Source: Chrysomallon squamiferum (lineage: Eukaryota > Animalia > Mollusca). From it: DNA of 64,000 nucleotides. Both the position numbers and the translations under genes were made by a program. The stretch is taken from NCBI GenBank assembly GCA_012295275.1, contig CM022673.1, forward strand, positions 11,904,001 through 11,968,000. The letters are read 5' to 3'. Position 1 is the first letter of the stretch. Each line of letters starts with the position of its first letter. Positions 1 to 18,658 of the stretch are shown in pieces. The notes under the pieces were generated by a model, which saw only the letters and a program-made list of their open reading frames with translations, ran no database searches and had not been told where the DNA came from.

Positions 1-2048
1 ATGTCATTATCGTATTTTTAATTCAAAACAATCAACGTAATAGAAAAATCCGTTTCTGTGTAGTACTTTTTTGAAAATAATTTATTAATTAAAAAATTAA
101 ATTTATAAATTTCAAACTGAGTCTTCAAGTTACATTACAGTTAACTGTATAGATAAAATGAAGATTAAAGTTAATAGAACATTTTTTTAAATTCTTCTCA
201 AACTGTTTTCAATTACATAGCAAATACATGCATTACAAACTGAACCTTGATATTAATTTACAAATAACAATTTAGTGAAAGAGTAATGTTTTTTTCTGAC
301 ATTTAAAATCATTATCAATAAATCGCCCCAGTCTTTGGATTCATTTGCTGTACCAAGACTACGCTAATACGCGCGTGCGCGTGTGTGTGTGTGATTGTGT
401 ACGACAGTGTGTAATAATTTAAAGTGCATATGAAAGGTTACATCATTAATTAAGATCGAAGTGAAAGTAAAAGTGATATGTAAATTTACTGATTTTATGT
501 CATAGCTACAGTATTTTAATAAATCATATAATTCATTGTAAAATATGTTTCATCTCCTCTTTTAAAATCTTCTATTTCAATATAGTCATCAGCGACTTTT
601 ATTCTTGACAAGAGATAAATTTATTAATGTTACCACATTTTATTTTCAGGTCAGAAGTATTCCCTCAGATTGATACAAATATCGTTAAGAAATGGTTACG
701 TACGTGTATTTGGTTTCTGGCGTAGAAAGGTTCGTATTTACGTGAGCAGTTTCGCAGTCGCAGGTGACCGTTTTAGCTTGAGGAAAGGTAGGAAAGATGT
801 CATTGGCCATTAATTTACGAATCAGAATCTTTACAAGTAAAAAGGAAGTCCTGTTTATATCTAATAAATCAAGTTCACGACGAATCGGTCATAAAGATAA
901 CACGAGATATAATCATTCTCTACTTTTCATTTTGAAAATATTGTAATAAATAAAACTTACGACAGTCTGTTGACCCTAAATTATTAATGACAGATTTTGC
1001 TTCTGTTGCTACGTCACTTATCTTAACAACGCAAACGTCATCTGTTTGTGCGAGAACACGTCACAAAATTCGTAGCAGGACTTCGGTGGGAAATAAATTA
1101 TTAAACTGTCAATTTTGCATAATATTCTGTACAGTTTAAAAAACAAACAGTAATGGTGTTAGTAGTAGCAGTAACAGTATTAGTGGTTCCTTGAAAATAA
1201 TGTATTTGGATGCAGTAGAATGTTTATTGTCGTTCAGGGCTTTACGAACTGCGTACATTTTGGCAATTACTGTACCTTACCAATTGTTATTTTGCTCTTC
1301 TGAGACACCGAAGTAATTATTTATATTGATCATGAATATAATGTTACAGCTCATTGTAAAATATCGGATATTATATACTTTTTGTTTCCATGTTTTTCCT
1401 TTTTTAAATCTGGGATTATTTCAGATATTAATTATAAACGCATCCCTGAAATCCACATTTTTATGTCCATTCTTTTTTCTGTTTCGTTTATTTTTAAATA
1501 AATAAATAAATATATATATATATATTCTATTAGTTTTAAAAGTTTAATAAAAATAACTGGTAGTATCATACAAGCAAGAAGCCACCAAACCTCAAGACAC
1601 CTTTTGAAACTTCTTATTCTGCATAGGGGTAGGTAAAATTTCTCGACAGCCTAATAAATTAATGATATTATTAGATTCTTACTGAATCGCTGTTCTTGCA
1701 AAATATAATTATGTTTTCGACAGAAAGATCAACAAAATCAGACTCATGAAATGAAATGAATGAATGAATAATAGATATAATTAATAAAACACAGAAGAAA
1801 AGAAGAATTAGGAACCGAAGCTGAAAAAAGAAAATATTTTTTAAATGAAGAAAGGTAGGTAAGTAGTGAGGACCTAATCTTTTTTTTTTATTTTGTTTCT
1901 GGAGTTTTGTCCCCTTGACTGTGACCAATGACATTAGCATTGAAATTCTACGGAAATCCTTAAATTTAGAGATAAAAAAAATGAAAAAGAAAAAAAAAAG
2001 TATGATGATGATGAAAATGACAATAATGATAGTAGAAGAAAAATAAAA

Positions 2049-2087
<39 letters not shown>

Positions 2088-4288
2088 ACAAAACAACAAC
2101 AAAAATATTACATTAATAAATTATAAAAAAAACAAACATAACTACTGAGAGAAAAGAAAGAAAGTAGAAGCAGACAGACAGACAGACAAACAAACAAACA
2201 TCCCTCAAACTGAAAAAGGTTTACGTAATTTCACGATTATGATTCTTTATGATTAATTAATTAGACCACTTTAGATTTTTTATAAATTTTTTTGTTTGTT
2301 TTTTTTTTGTTTGTTTTTTTGACAAAAACATCCGGACAGGCAGACATATTGGAGTCATTTCCCGAATTTATCAGTGTGAATAAACAAATTACTCAGTCAT
2401 ATTTTACTGAATGGCGTTTCTTTTGATACTGGATAATATTTTCGACAAGAATACCCGCAATAATGAGATAAATAAATAAATAAATAAATAAATAAATGAA
2501 TAAGTAAATCATAATCAATAACGAAAACAATAAAAAGTCAAATAAAAGTACGAATGATGAAAATAATGATTCATAATGTAATATCTTATATATTTCTATT
2601 TTATGAATTTAAGAATTATATTTCTGTTTTTTTCCATTCTTTTTTTTTTTTTTTTTTTATATTTAAATTTGTTTTCTTATGAAAAATAATTACCGTTTCT
2701 GTTTTCCAAAAGACAGGAACAAATCCGGACAATGCAGAAAATTCAGTTAAAACAACAACAACAACAAGAACAATAAAATAGATTAATAAATAAATAAAAA
2801 TAATAGTAATAATAATTATAAAAATATCTATTAATAAAAATTTTACAATAAATTAAAGGGAAGATAACTCTGTTGGACTTATTTTATTTAATTGGCTTTC
2901 TTGCAAAAATGCAATCATTCTTTGGCAATCACTCATTTAATTGTACCGAAGTGATTGGACGGAATATCTCTGCCAGATTATGTTAGTTTAGTTTACTGCA
3001 CGTTTCCAGTATGTAAAGACATAATGCAGCTGTAACAGAAAACATCACTGACAAAACTATTTAACACTGGAAAAATCCGTTACAAATAATAATTCAGTTC
3101 AAAACAAAACCTCATGTTCGTGTCAGGATGTCCAGAGTTATCTCACATTACGTGAACTGATTCTATTTAAAGCATTCGTTTACAAGATGAAGGCTTGTAC
3201 GCATATGCATCACCATTGTGACGTACATAGAATAACAGCAGCGGGCATGCGCAAATAGGAACAAGCAAGAAAAACAAAAAAGTTTTGGAAAATAACAACA
3301 GAATATGTTTTCATCTAAATGTATCTTTAATTCAGAACTGACGTCATCATGAGATACACACAGATTTTTTTAACACAAACTTTTTAAAAATACTGTTTTT
3401 ATAATTTCAGTTATGTAAATAATAACAATAGTATTTACTGCCGGTTTCAATAGTTTTATAGCTTTTAGAAATCCATTTTTACTACTTTATATTTCTTTCT
3501 TTCTTTCTTTCTTTCTTTCTTTATTAATTTATTTAATTTTCTTTCCTTTAAAACCGTAACTTAGTTCTCGAAATTTGTACATTTGATTATTTATCTATTT
3601 AATTATTTTAAATAATTATTTATTAATTAATTTATTTTGTCGAAATTCTTCGATATTAGGATTTTACTGATAAAATGTTTTTCTTCATAAATTTTCATTA
3701 ATGCCTATGTATTCTATTACATTATTATTCGATTTACTATTGTTTGACACTTAATTAATTAGTTGTGTTCGTTTCTTTCTTCACAGCAAATATATTTCGT
3801 AAATAACAAAATATTTCCAACATATATATATATATAAAAAGCGAAAAGACCAGTTATTTTATAATTATCACACAAACACTCTTTTTTGATAGTAATAAAC
3901 TATTTTAACTTTTCCATCAATTATTTAATGCTGCATTGACACTTTCAACCTTTTAATATTTAATATAATTTTATCACGAAAAACAGACGTACCCCTGAAG
4001 ACAGTTTACGCCGAAATCTATTTAAATAGACAAAATTTTAAGAGAAAGTAATGTTAAGTATCCATAGAGTTTTTCCAAACGACGCAAAACATATTTTTTT
4101 ACCAAGACGTGGATCATTAGGAGATTTAAATGTCGAAAGGGTCATCGCAGTTATCATTATAATAAAAATAAAGGAAACATAGTTATGATGTACTCCTTCG
4201 TCTTTCATTCATTGGTGGATAGTTAGTGAAGCGCAGGTTCAAACAGTTTATTTCAGAAAATGTGTTTTCTTTTACGTCCGCGGTACTT

Positions 4289-7449
<3,161 letters not shown>

Positions 7450-8793
7450 GATGGCGTTTTAGACGGTTTCAAAAACTTTACTGGTTTAAATCCTGCCAAG
7501 TTCTGTGTGACACTGAGATAGCTTGGCTCGCCTACTGACATTTATTTCAGCGGGTTGCTATGATAAACAGATACATCAAGTTATGCACACAATGAAACCA
7601 TACTAAAATTACATCTTATTAGTTTTAAAAGATATTGTGATAAGAAATTACGACATTAATAATCAAGGTTAAAAAAGAAAAAAAGAAGAAAAAAAAATTT
7701 AAAACACACACAACAATAAAGATCTTCCTAATGTACTGTCCTCTGTCTGATAAAAAAAAGTATTATCTCTTGGAGATGGACACCCCATCCCTAACTTCAA
7801 GGAATTATCAGATTAAGCTAAACAAAGGTGGTGGGTTTGTAAAGGTGGTCCTCGAACTGGATCGAGTGTGACGAACAATACCGTTTTGTTTTGTCGTTGT
7901 ATTATATTTTATATTTGGTGAATATCAGACATAAAACACTGACGTATTTCATCGAGTTGTCAGTAACTGTACAAAAATCTCTTTTGTGGTAAAACAGTTA
8001 CATTCAGAACGTTTTTAAAATATTATTTGTGTACATTTAATTGGGTAATCGTAGATCAATGTTAAAACACGATTAATAAGCTTGTGGCACGATGATTAAA
8101 TTTAGTAACTTTTGTATACTTCTTTTTTTTAATGAAAGAAAGAAAGAAATAATACATCAGTAAAAGGTTATTAATAAATATATATTTCTAAACTAATTAT
8201 TATATTAATTAATTAAATACATAATTTTTGAAAAATGCTACTCTGTGTTATCCTTACCAGTTACCGATAATCATGAATTTAAATAACAAACCAGTCATTG
8301 TTAAAATAAGTTGTCGGCAATAGCTAGAACGGGATAGAGCTAAAATACTAATCTCCAAACTGCAGCTACAACATTAAAGACATTTATTTGTAATGAAGTT
8401 TGCAGAACGTTTATAAAGTATAGTCAGGTGATGTACATATGAAATGAAAATTTAGGGTAATATTAATTAATTGTATTAACTGAAATTTTTTAGTGGATAT
8501 TTCAATTAACAAAAAACGCTAATTAAATTTTATATTAAGAAAGAATAAAAAAAAAAAAAGCTATTATTTTTATTACCAGAACATATCAGTTAATATTTAT
8601 ATTAATTGTTTTGAATTTCAGTATCTTTTTTAAAATAAATGAATAAATAAATAAACATTAAGCAGTTAGTCATTATTTTACATACAAGTAAACATACGAA
8701 TATCTGAACACCGTTTAACTGAAAGCTGTTGAAGTAAACTGTATATTACATGCAAAAGGTTTTGCATTTGGACTGCACATAATCTTAGATTAG

Positions 8794-8961
<168 letters not shown>

Positions 8962-9479
8962 TTGTCGGGAACTTTCGAAAATGCACTTGTGGATAAACAC
9001 ATCGTTTATGGTGTTATTATTCTTATTGTATGCATGTGCTTAGTATGTAGGTGTGTGAGTATATTTTTACATTCAGGCTCAGATTCCACATTCATATATC
9101 GATGTATCTAATTATTTGTAAATTAAATTACGACCGAGTTAGGTCTGAAAATATTGCCACAAATATGTTCATTTTTTTTACTGTGGTTAATTATAACTCT
9201 TTCGAATCCAGACTACTCTAAACCCTTACTTAAAACTACAACAACTAAATAAATTATAATGTTAGACTTATTCGCTCCAGCGATAAACTGGTGGAGATAA
9301 TTGCTACTGTTAAGATCTCTGAAGCAGTTCTATTACTCTTTTGCTGCTGTCAAGACAGTGAGCAGTTAATTTAGTGAGCAACTAATTCAGTGGTGACGAG
9401 TGGAATGAAAGTTTCGTATTGTTACATTTTAATATAATAATAATAATAAAAATAATAACAATAGAAAATTAAATAACAT

Positions 9480-10960
9480 TAAGCTGATAGTTATATTACC
9501 ATTTATGCATCATAAAAATTACAAGGAAGAATTTACATGACTTAGAAAAAAAAATATCACCCTTGTTCTGTAAATCATAATTACACTAGAGTTATTCTAA
9601 AGTTTTTCTTGAAAAGGTCTTCTAACGTTTTCTGACTGCACGTTTACCTTCCAGTATTTTCTGTCTACGTGATCATTTAAATCATGACATTTTTGTTTAG
9701 CTTAGTTACGAAAGAATGGAGTTAACCACTGTGCATATCATCGTGAGAACCGATGTAAATCAAACATGAACTAACATGGAAAATATCGTATCACATATCT
9801 CTTTGTTCTCCAACTGTCCAGTTGTCTCATACGTGGTCTAATATTTCTGTAGATTCATAGGACAAATTTGTTATTTTGTTTTATATCTTCAAAATTATTT
9901 ATTTATTTTATTGCATCTCTGTGAAAATTTATATTTTAAAATGATATTCAGGGTGTTAGAATGGTGTTTCGTCTAATAATTTAGTACAAAACAAAAATAA
10001 TTTAAACATTGTAATCATTCTTCAAATCTGTGTTAATTTGTAATGTACCTTTCTTCTCTTGTGAAAACGACTCAGCAGTCAAACTTGTTTCCTTGTCAAG
10101 CCGTGGCTCGCAAGCTCAGTCCTGTATAGTAATAATCTCAGTGATTTGTATTTTATTAAAATAAGCCTGATAGTACATTTTTTTACTGATGATATTAAAA
10201 ACCTTATACTTATTTCCCACGCTCTTAAAAGTTGAACGTGTACAATACAATCAAATTAAGATGATACCTCATTTACATCATGCATATTTTGTCACAGTGG
10301 GAGATGTTTATAGTATAAATACGTTACCTGTGTTGTTGTTTCAATTTACGAGCGTTTATTCAAAATGTGTTTTTGTTAAGTCTAAGTTAAACTTGTACAA
10401 TAGAAACAGATGAAGATGATAGTTTGAGATACATCGTGCTCGTTTTGTCAGAGCCGGTCACAGTAGGAGATGATTTACACCAAATATACCTTAGCCTCTT
10501 TTGTTGTTTTGATTTACAGGCGTTTATTCAAAACTACCCTTTGTCATGTCAACCTTGTTATTCTTTTTTTTTTTTTTCTCATAATAGACTCTGAATTTTG
10601 ATACATGAGTCCTTATACCTTCTTAATGTCAAATTATACTAGAAGGACAGATGTGAACAATCTTCACAATCTTCACTGTCAATCAAAATTACAATTATAA
10701 ACAATTATAAACACAATTCTCTTTTCGTTCTATTATAATATTTATGTATATACATATAAACACAGAAGTAACCTAGTAACCAGGTCTTTATAAAATCGTC
10801 CCGATCACCAGTCACCACATATTGCTTACATTAAAGATTAAAGTCAAATGTGTTTAAGGGAAAAAACACCAAAACAAACGAAATAATATCAAGAAATAAC
10901 ATACAAAATAACGTATAACATGAACAAAACATCTTTCGTGGTAGCGGTAAATTAATTTAT
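9480..10960 (+). repeat. Inverted paralogous copy of the family promoter/exon-1 block
   Basis: Reverse-complement similarity to ~32700-34230 and ~38640-39850, e.g. ggtctttataaaatcgtcccgatcacc and gatcatttaaatcatgacatttttgtttagcttagttacg. Confidence 0.85.
10768..10795 (+). promoter_or_regulatory. X-box-like motif plus TATA box
   Basis: GTAACCTAGTAAC (10768-10780) fits the RFX consensus GTNRCC-N0-3-RGYAAC. TATAAAA is at 10789-10795, ~125 nt upstream of the ATG at 10920. Confidence 0.55.
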
Positions 10961-10993
10961 ACAAATTTGTTTTATAGATAGTTAAATAAAATA

Positions 10994-11073
<80 letters not shown>

Positions 11074-13807
11074 GGGAATGTCTTTTTTTCTTCTTTTTGT
11101 TTTCATGTACACAAAAATCAATTGACAATGAGACAGAGGTAAAAACCATTATATTTATATATATAATATATATTTAGCTGATTATTTTATGTATTTACTT
11201 CTCGATATTTTTATCGAATATCTCAGCCATATCCTGGTTTTTTAGAAGAAGAAGAAGAAGAAGAAGAAAAAGAAGAAGAAGAAGAAGAAGAAGTACAAAT
11301 GCATTACGAAATTAGAACTTAGTTTAAAATGACAGGATGACTTTGATGAAAAAATTTGTTTTATCTGGACGTGGAAAATTCACAGATAGTTCATTTTTTG
11401 GGCAGGACTTGAGTACCAAATTAGTAAATATATGCAGTGTCAATTTTTAGTTAGTGTGATGTCCAAAGTGTATTGTGCAAATGACTCATGCAATATGTAC
11501 AGTATAAATTAAGATAAAGTTTAATAATGTTTGGTTATAATTAATAATTTACTTCGTGATACTGACAAAAAATATTAAATATTTTTTTTATATATATAAT
11601 TAAAATTGTTTAATATTTATTTTAATTAAACATGCACTAACTTTTATTCCATAATTTGTTTATTTTGTGTTAACACGGATCTCTATTATGCATTGGTTAA
11701 TTTCGAAAAACCATGGAGTAACCGTAATTTCTGCTAACTATAGATTTTCTGTTCTCTTTTTTTGTTCAAAATATTCTTACTTCTTCCCCAATTCTTTGTC
11801 AGTCTTTTCTTTTCTTTTCTTTTTCTTTTTCCTTTTTTTTTCTGGAAATTTACTCATTTCTTTCAGATTGTCATTATAATTTTTTCCCCTGTAATTTCAA
11901 AAACTAAAATTAATTTGAACGATAACCCTTTTATGCTTCCCTATTTCTAAACTAATGGACAAAATGAGCATGCAAGGGTTTGAATAAAGAATTGAATGTT
12001 TTCCCATGGTAACCTTAGCAATTTGACACTGTTCCCTTTGGAACAAAAAGAAACATTTACAATTAATAAAATCTTTGAATTGCAACTTACTCCCGTATAT
12101 AACTATGTACATATGTATTTTTGTTATCTAGCCCTTTTATGTGTGTATATGTGTGCGAACGTATTGTGTCTGTGCATACATGTTTCAGTGGACGTGTCTA
12201 TTATGTATATGTATATGCTTTTTATGGAACTACGTTTCCATGTGTCTCTCTGTGTGTGTGCGATCAAACTTATTATCTTGCTAGGGAAACATTAGCGTGA
12301 CTTGTCATGTTATCTGTACTGTTGATCCTATTATCTGACTCATATTGCGTAGAACAGCTGTTCAACACAATGACAGACAGTTATCTGAAATCTGAATGAT
12401 TTTTAAAACCACTGTTTATTAATGTAATGATATCACTTGCTATGATCATAAGATAACTGCAATTAGGCTACAATAAACAAATTATTTGTTTACCGTAGCT
12501 GTCGTAATAAAGTAATATGAGATTTCTTTGGTTTTCCTATAAATAAAGTTATTATTTTTATTTTATTTTATTTTATTTTATTGTTAATTTATTGTTATTT
12601 TAATATTTGTTTTGCTTCTTTTTTTTTTTACATCGATAGCAGTCGGTAGACGAAAGAATGGATGACTAACTAAATGTAAGTAAATAGATATCTTATGCGA
12701 TATATCATCAAAAAGACAACAATAAAACAAGTTTTGATCTGAATGCATCTTTATTTCAGAACATAAAGCTATGTTTTCATTAGATGCAAACAACATCTTT
12801 TTTAGCACATCAAAGGAAATTTTAACGACTTTAGAATACAATAAGCAAATTCGTATAGAAAACCTATCCTAAACTATGCTTCTGCTCATTGAAAACAAAT
12901 GAAGATCAATTATTCATGAATATTGTCTAAATAAATGTTAATTTTGATATTTGATATTTATTATTGAATATTTAACGATCTTTCGGCCTAATAATTGTGG
13001 ACTACGCTCATTCCTGATTTTTCGGGTTTTATTTTTATTTTTGTATTTACCGTTGATCGACTGTTTAGCGGGATGATTTTAGATGTAAATTGTGAACCAT
13101 TTCTTTCTATTTAATCCACTGATGTTTACTTTTAAATTGTTTATCCATTCATGTTTTTACACTGCAAACTTCAAAACTGTCAAGAGAAATTTCAAGGTAA
13201 TGAGGATACTGGACAGATCTTGAGAAGCGTTAGTAAATACAAGTGGAAGTCAAACCCGTTAAATAAAAACATTTCTAAACCGCGATTTTCATTTTCGAAT
13301 TGCTCTATCGTTATAGTTTTTGACTCAGCAACCAAATCTATTTTTCTTTCGCGTTATGATATTCTGAAGATAAAAATTAACCGTAAAAACCAAGACTGAA
13401 GTTTCTTATTGTACAAAAAATACCGGGTTCTTCAAGGTAGAAGCTTCTTCAGCAGAAGTCTGAAATTTCTTAGTCTTCGTAAAAACCGAGTTTTACGAGT
13501 TTAATGTTCGTTCTGAGAATTTTCAACACTTTCGGAAGGATACTGAATAAAAGTCACTTTTTCTTTTTCTTTTCAGACATTTTCACAGTTTAGAAATGTC
13601 ACAGAAACGTCACAGCATCCGATTAGAGTCATCGGCAATTTCACAGTTGAAACACTGAGTTGCTCCACAGAGCAAATTTCAATTTGCTTCTCATCTCATC
13701 ATGATACCAATCAGGTACGTTTTGTTCTTTTAATTTCAGGAAACGAAATGGTTCTGTCAACCGTTACTGCCTTAATGACAGGTTTTGTGTTTCTAGAACT
13801 GAACTGA
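10920..13807 (+). pseudogene. Plus-strand family pseudogene: truncated exon 1 plus orphan GPI exon
   Basis: Exon 1 (10920-10946, MNKTSFVVA) has a 10-nt deletion between GCG microhomologies relative to paralogs, making it phase 0 instead of 1. Terminal exon 13740-13807 reads (G)NEMVLSTVTALMTGFVFLELN*. No middle exons were found, and linking the two pieces is an assumption. Confidence 0.6.
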
Positions 13808-14530
13808 GCAGCAGTGGGAAAACATAGAGCAAAAACTAACAGTTTCACGTTTGTTTGCAGTGACTGTTTTCTCAACCTGTGCGAATAATGATCACAAACA
13901 GACTGAATAAAAAATGTTTGGTACAAATCATAAAATGGAATAAAACGCTGTCTCTGGTATTAACAGCAGTAACATAAAAATGACATACATAAATTAAATT
14001 AACAAAATATAACTAGATAAAAATAAATAAATAAATAAATAAATAAAATAAAGCATTAAAATAGTATATTCATACAGATTTCTGCTGCTAAATTTAAATA
14101 CATACTTGTTAATGACCCATTTCAGCTGGTAAAAGAAAAAAAAAAATGTGTTTGGCAAAAAAAAAAAAAAAAAAAAACAGGTAAATTCTGCAATAAATAT
14201 ATCTGAGTTTCGACTTGTTTTTTTTATTATTATTCTTGTTTTGTGTTTTATTTCTTATTTTTGTTGACACGGACTATGAAATTCTATTATTTCTTACAAC
14301 TGTAATATAATTCCCGTTATGTCTTCAAAGAGAAACAGTTCTACCTCGTTCCACTACAGTAAATAATTGTTCGTATAAATCAATATAAATATATAAATCA
14401 ATTTTTTACATTTTATTTTTCTTTGTACAAAGACTTCATGACACTAGATTTATTAATGTTTAATACTATTTTTATACTGTTCCTCTTTCATTTCGTCTTT
14501 GAATTATATATTTTTTTTATTTTTTTATCA

Positions 14531-14587
<57 letters not shown>

Positions 14588-14870
14588 ATTTGCTCTTTCC
14601 GATTTCAGAGTAATAAATTTTAAAATATTTTAACACATCTGAATTTAATACTAGTTTGAACACGAGCCAGAATCGTCGAGTGTTTCAGATTTTAGACAAC
14701 AGCCTTTGTTTTTGCAAAACGACAATGCATGACGCGATAAAACGACCTACGTGAATGAATTAAAGATGCCGTGATGAACTATGTCAGTATTGATTGTCAC
14801 ACACTGCGTGCAAAGTGGTTGGATCTAAAGTCTCGAGCTCGCGTTGGGCTATATCTCGCTCCACACTTTT
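13716..14870 (+). repeat. Duplicate of G2 last exon and 3' flank
   Basis: Near-identical to ~21705-22740. Confidence 0.9.
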
Positions 14871-15315
14871 TTTTTCACAGATATAAATCAGCTAACTAGT
14901 CAAGAAAGAAAAGACTGCCTCCTGTTTAAACTGATAAACTCACGACACCAGATCGTGTAGGAATCTGTATATCAAAGACGGTTGTTGTTAACAGTTGAAT
15001 AATTTTACACAAGGAGAAGGTATTCTATGATCAAACGAAGAAAAAAAAAATAATAGTAAAATAAGAATAAAATAATAATAATAAAAAAAAAAAAAAAAAT
15101 ATAATAATAATAAGAATAAAATAATAATAATAAAAAAATGTAATAATAATAATAATAAAATAATCTGGTACGTCTAAACAAATACGTACTACGATGAACA
15201 AATTTATAATCCCTCAAATTTTTAATCTCTATTATTGATAGTTTAGAAATAAGCATATACGTGCAAACTTACATACATGCATGCATACATACATAAATAT
15301 ATACACTCATACATA

Positions 15316-15356
<41 letters not shown>

Positions 15357-16497
15357 CATATACACACATATATACACATATACATTATTATTATTATTAT
15401 GATTATTATTTATTTTTTTATGTTTTTATTATTATTTTGTTTTATTATATAAATAATAAAAAGTAATAAAGTAATCAACATATTGTGTAAGAAGTCTAGA
15501 AGTTATATCTACGATTTGTGATTATTTACTGTTCACATCTACTATCGTGTGAATAATGATTTAGAATAATGAACGCGATTTGCGATTATCACCTTATGTT
15601 CCGTGTTTCTGATTCTTAAACAAGGTCGGAAACTAGATATACTGTAATAGAATGTGACATTGTCCCATCGCCAGTATTAAGTCATATTTTATTACATACC
15701 AAAACAAAACGTACCCTCCCCGGCTCTTACAATTGAAGATTTGAAATTGATTTATTGTCCTGGGTGATCTCTTGGATTAAAAGGCTACAACATACCAGGT
15801 AAAATATCAGGACGTAGGGAATGGCAGCCAAGATACTTCTGTATTTGACAAACCGTAGACCGGGTAAGCTCAGCTGTCTCACCTGACCTTGAACAGCGCG
15901 ACTCGGTTTCTCTCGTTACGCTACGGCGGGATATCAAACACACATTCTACGTATCTTGTAATTAGTCGTTGATTGGTGACAAATCTACTTATCAGTCTGG
16001 GCGGACTTCTTAGCGCCATACACCCGTAATCACCCGTAATCACGTTTTTGATCTTCACTATGATGTTATCTTTATTTCAGAACAAACGTCTTCATCAGAT
16101 ACATGCAGGTTTTTTCACACAAATGAAAGAACATCAAGAAACAAAATTAAATTATTGTCATTTAATCATTGATAGTTTACTAGAAATTCCAAAAGGGGTT
16201 AATAGAACTTTCGTTAATCTATTTTATTTATTTATTTTATTTATTTATTTGTTATTACGTTGTTGCTGTAATTTGGAAATATCTTCCATCCTTTTGATAT
16301 CTGTTTCTAAGTCTATCGTGTACTTGAAACTTTAAATAGCATAGACAAAACAGACATATACAGAATCCTAGAATGCGGATTCCCTAATCTTATTTCGTTA
16401 AACAGTTATGTCATCTACCGAACGTTAAAAAAATTAAAGAAAAATAAAGAAAAAAAAAATACAAACATAAATAAATAAAGAAAGAAATACAAAAGAA

Positions 16498-16578
<81 letters not shown>

Positions 16579-16795
16579 TTATAGATGGATGTATGTATTT
16601 ATATATATTTATAAAATCTGTCCACTATTTAATAAACAAACAGCAACAACAACAATATATACCCATTCTCCCGCATTCCGAAGGCGGACGATGTTACCCT
16701 CCGGCCAACGCGACAACCCTTAACAGGGTTGCTCAGTAACCGAGGGTAATCATCCCTTCCCACGAAGCACGCCGTTCTTTTGTCTCTCGTCATTT

Positions 16796-16842
16796 TTGCG
16801 TGCATCTATTTTTTTTTTTGGTGGGAAACCTGGCACTGGCAA
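16796..16842 (+). other. Candidate, apparently disrupted, first exon of G2
   Basis: TTG CGT GCA TCT ATT (T-run) ... GCAA|GTATGT. With TTG read as ATG and one T fewer in the 11-T run it gives phase-1 MRASIFFLVGNLALA, which completes the G2 signal peptide. X-box-like GTTGCTCAGTAAC at 16728-16740. Confidence 0.4.
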
Positions 16843-16877
16843 GTATGTAGATTTAGGACTTTGGACACTCTCTGTCT

Positions 16878-16977
<100 letters not shown>

Positions 16978-17671
16978 TGTTTAGGTGTGTGTGAGTGTTT
17001 GTGTGTGTTTAAGTTTTTCAAACAATTCTATTAAAATCATACCTTAGCATTAAATCTAGCCTCAAGAAATATATTATTAAAAATTAAATCTAATCTACAG
17101 ATTTCTAATTAATATAAGATCGAATCCATGCAAACAATATATTTTACTAACTACTTATCAGTTGTAGAAGTTTCTGTTGTATCTGAAATATAAAACACAC
17201 TTACAAAATATATTAATATATCCATCTTTATATGTTGACAAATATCTTTTTTTAATATTATATTTGTATGTATGTTTGTATGTATGTATGTATGTATGTA
17301 TGTATGTATGTACGTGTGTACGTACGTATATATGTCTGTATATGTGTGAGTGTGGGTTGGTATATCTGATGCAGTAGTTTTAATAAAAAGTAATTACCTT
17401 TCATCAATGATGAAATATGAGAAAAGCTGAAACAAATTAAATATAAGGATTAGATAAAATGATTTATCCAAAAAAAAAAAAAAAAAAAAAAACAATAAAA
17501 AAAAAATAATAAAACCGCTAGATAAATATATTCATTGCTTACTGAATTACAAAAACAGAAAAAAAATAAATAAATAAACAAAACATGACCACACCCAAAA
17601 CGACCATATGTAGAGTTTGATTCGTTCGTTTAAAAACATTTATATAAATGTATCAATAATTTATATATAAA

Positions 17672-18050
17672 GTGGCCCTGCGAAGCATCGAATATTCGAT
17701 TACATTCGAATCGTGACGAAGCTTAGAATCGATTCGATTCGATTTCTGTTTATTCAGAATTTCGAATAATGTAGTGTCTGGACACCTCACACTTTGAAAT
17801 CACCTGTCAACCAAATAATACTTTTAACACAACTATCTGTTGTTTAGTTTGCTGATCGGTTTGTTCATTATTTCGACTGCAGCCTCATGTGTAATCATGT
17901 TAAGTAATCGTACGTACACCCATTACAGAGGACATTTATTTCATATTTCTAATTTCCTAATATTCCTTCGTCAGTTGCATCTGATTCACGAGATTTTTGC
18001 GAAGACATTCGAGATTCGAAATACTATTAGAACATTTTCGATGGGTCTTA
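17672..18050. mobile_element. Possible hAT-type MITE remnant
   Basis: Ends are rich in TTCGA/TCGAAT subterminal-like motifs. TIRs are poorly matched and no clear TSD was found. Confidence 0.25.
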
Positions 18051-18658
18051 ACATACACACACACACACACACACACATACATACACACACGTACACACAA
18101 ATAAGTATAGACTCACGAACACACACATACACATATATATATAGACACATACACATATACACACACACACACACATATACAGACATACACACACACAATT
18201 ATCTGTTCATATCAATACATCTATGGTTCGATTCTTTTTCAACGAGGCTGTTTCTTGAAAACAAAGGAATATCGCGGTTTTTCGGAGAGTCACGTCAGCA
18301 ACTTTATTGCATTTTTAGATATTACAACATTGCATGAGTCACAGCTAAAATTATTATATTCTTCTTTGTCTGAACAACTACACTCCAAGCAAATACATTC
18401 CAAATACATTCCAAACACTGCAGTGTTTAGCCATACCCAACTCCAGATTTGCCATGAACAACCAACTCTTCGTGACTGCGTTATTTTGTGGTATGTCGTA
18501 ATCATACATCTTCGTTGCTATTATTAAAAGCTGCTATAACTTAGAAGTATTTCTCAAGCAGTAGTTTTAAGTAGCAATTTCTTTAATACGCTAATTTTTT
18601 TTATTATTATTCTCTCTTTCATTCAAGAAGATACAGAACAAAAATTCATACATATGTA

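Noticed and set aside
1-4200. Isolated splice-like signals (e.g. acceptor ~649, minus donor ~960) and ORF 1671-2102
   Set aside because: No coherent exon chain or recognisable protein, and the ORF is low-complexity A/T sequence.
13711-13926. Duplicated minus-strand ORF MYQTFFIQSVC... (also 21694-21915)
   Set aside because: Antisense to the plus-strand GPI exon and 3' UTR. Its conservation reflects recent duplication.
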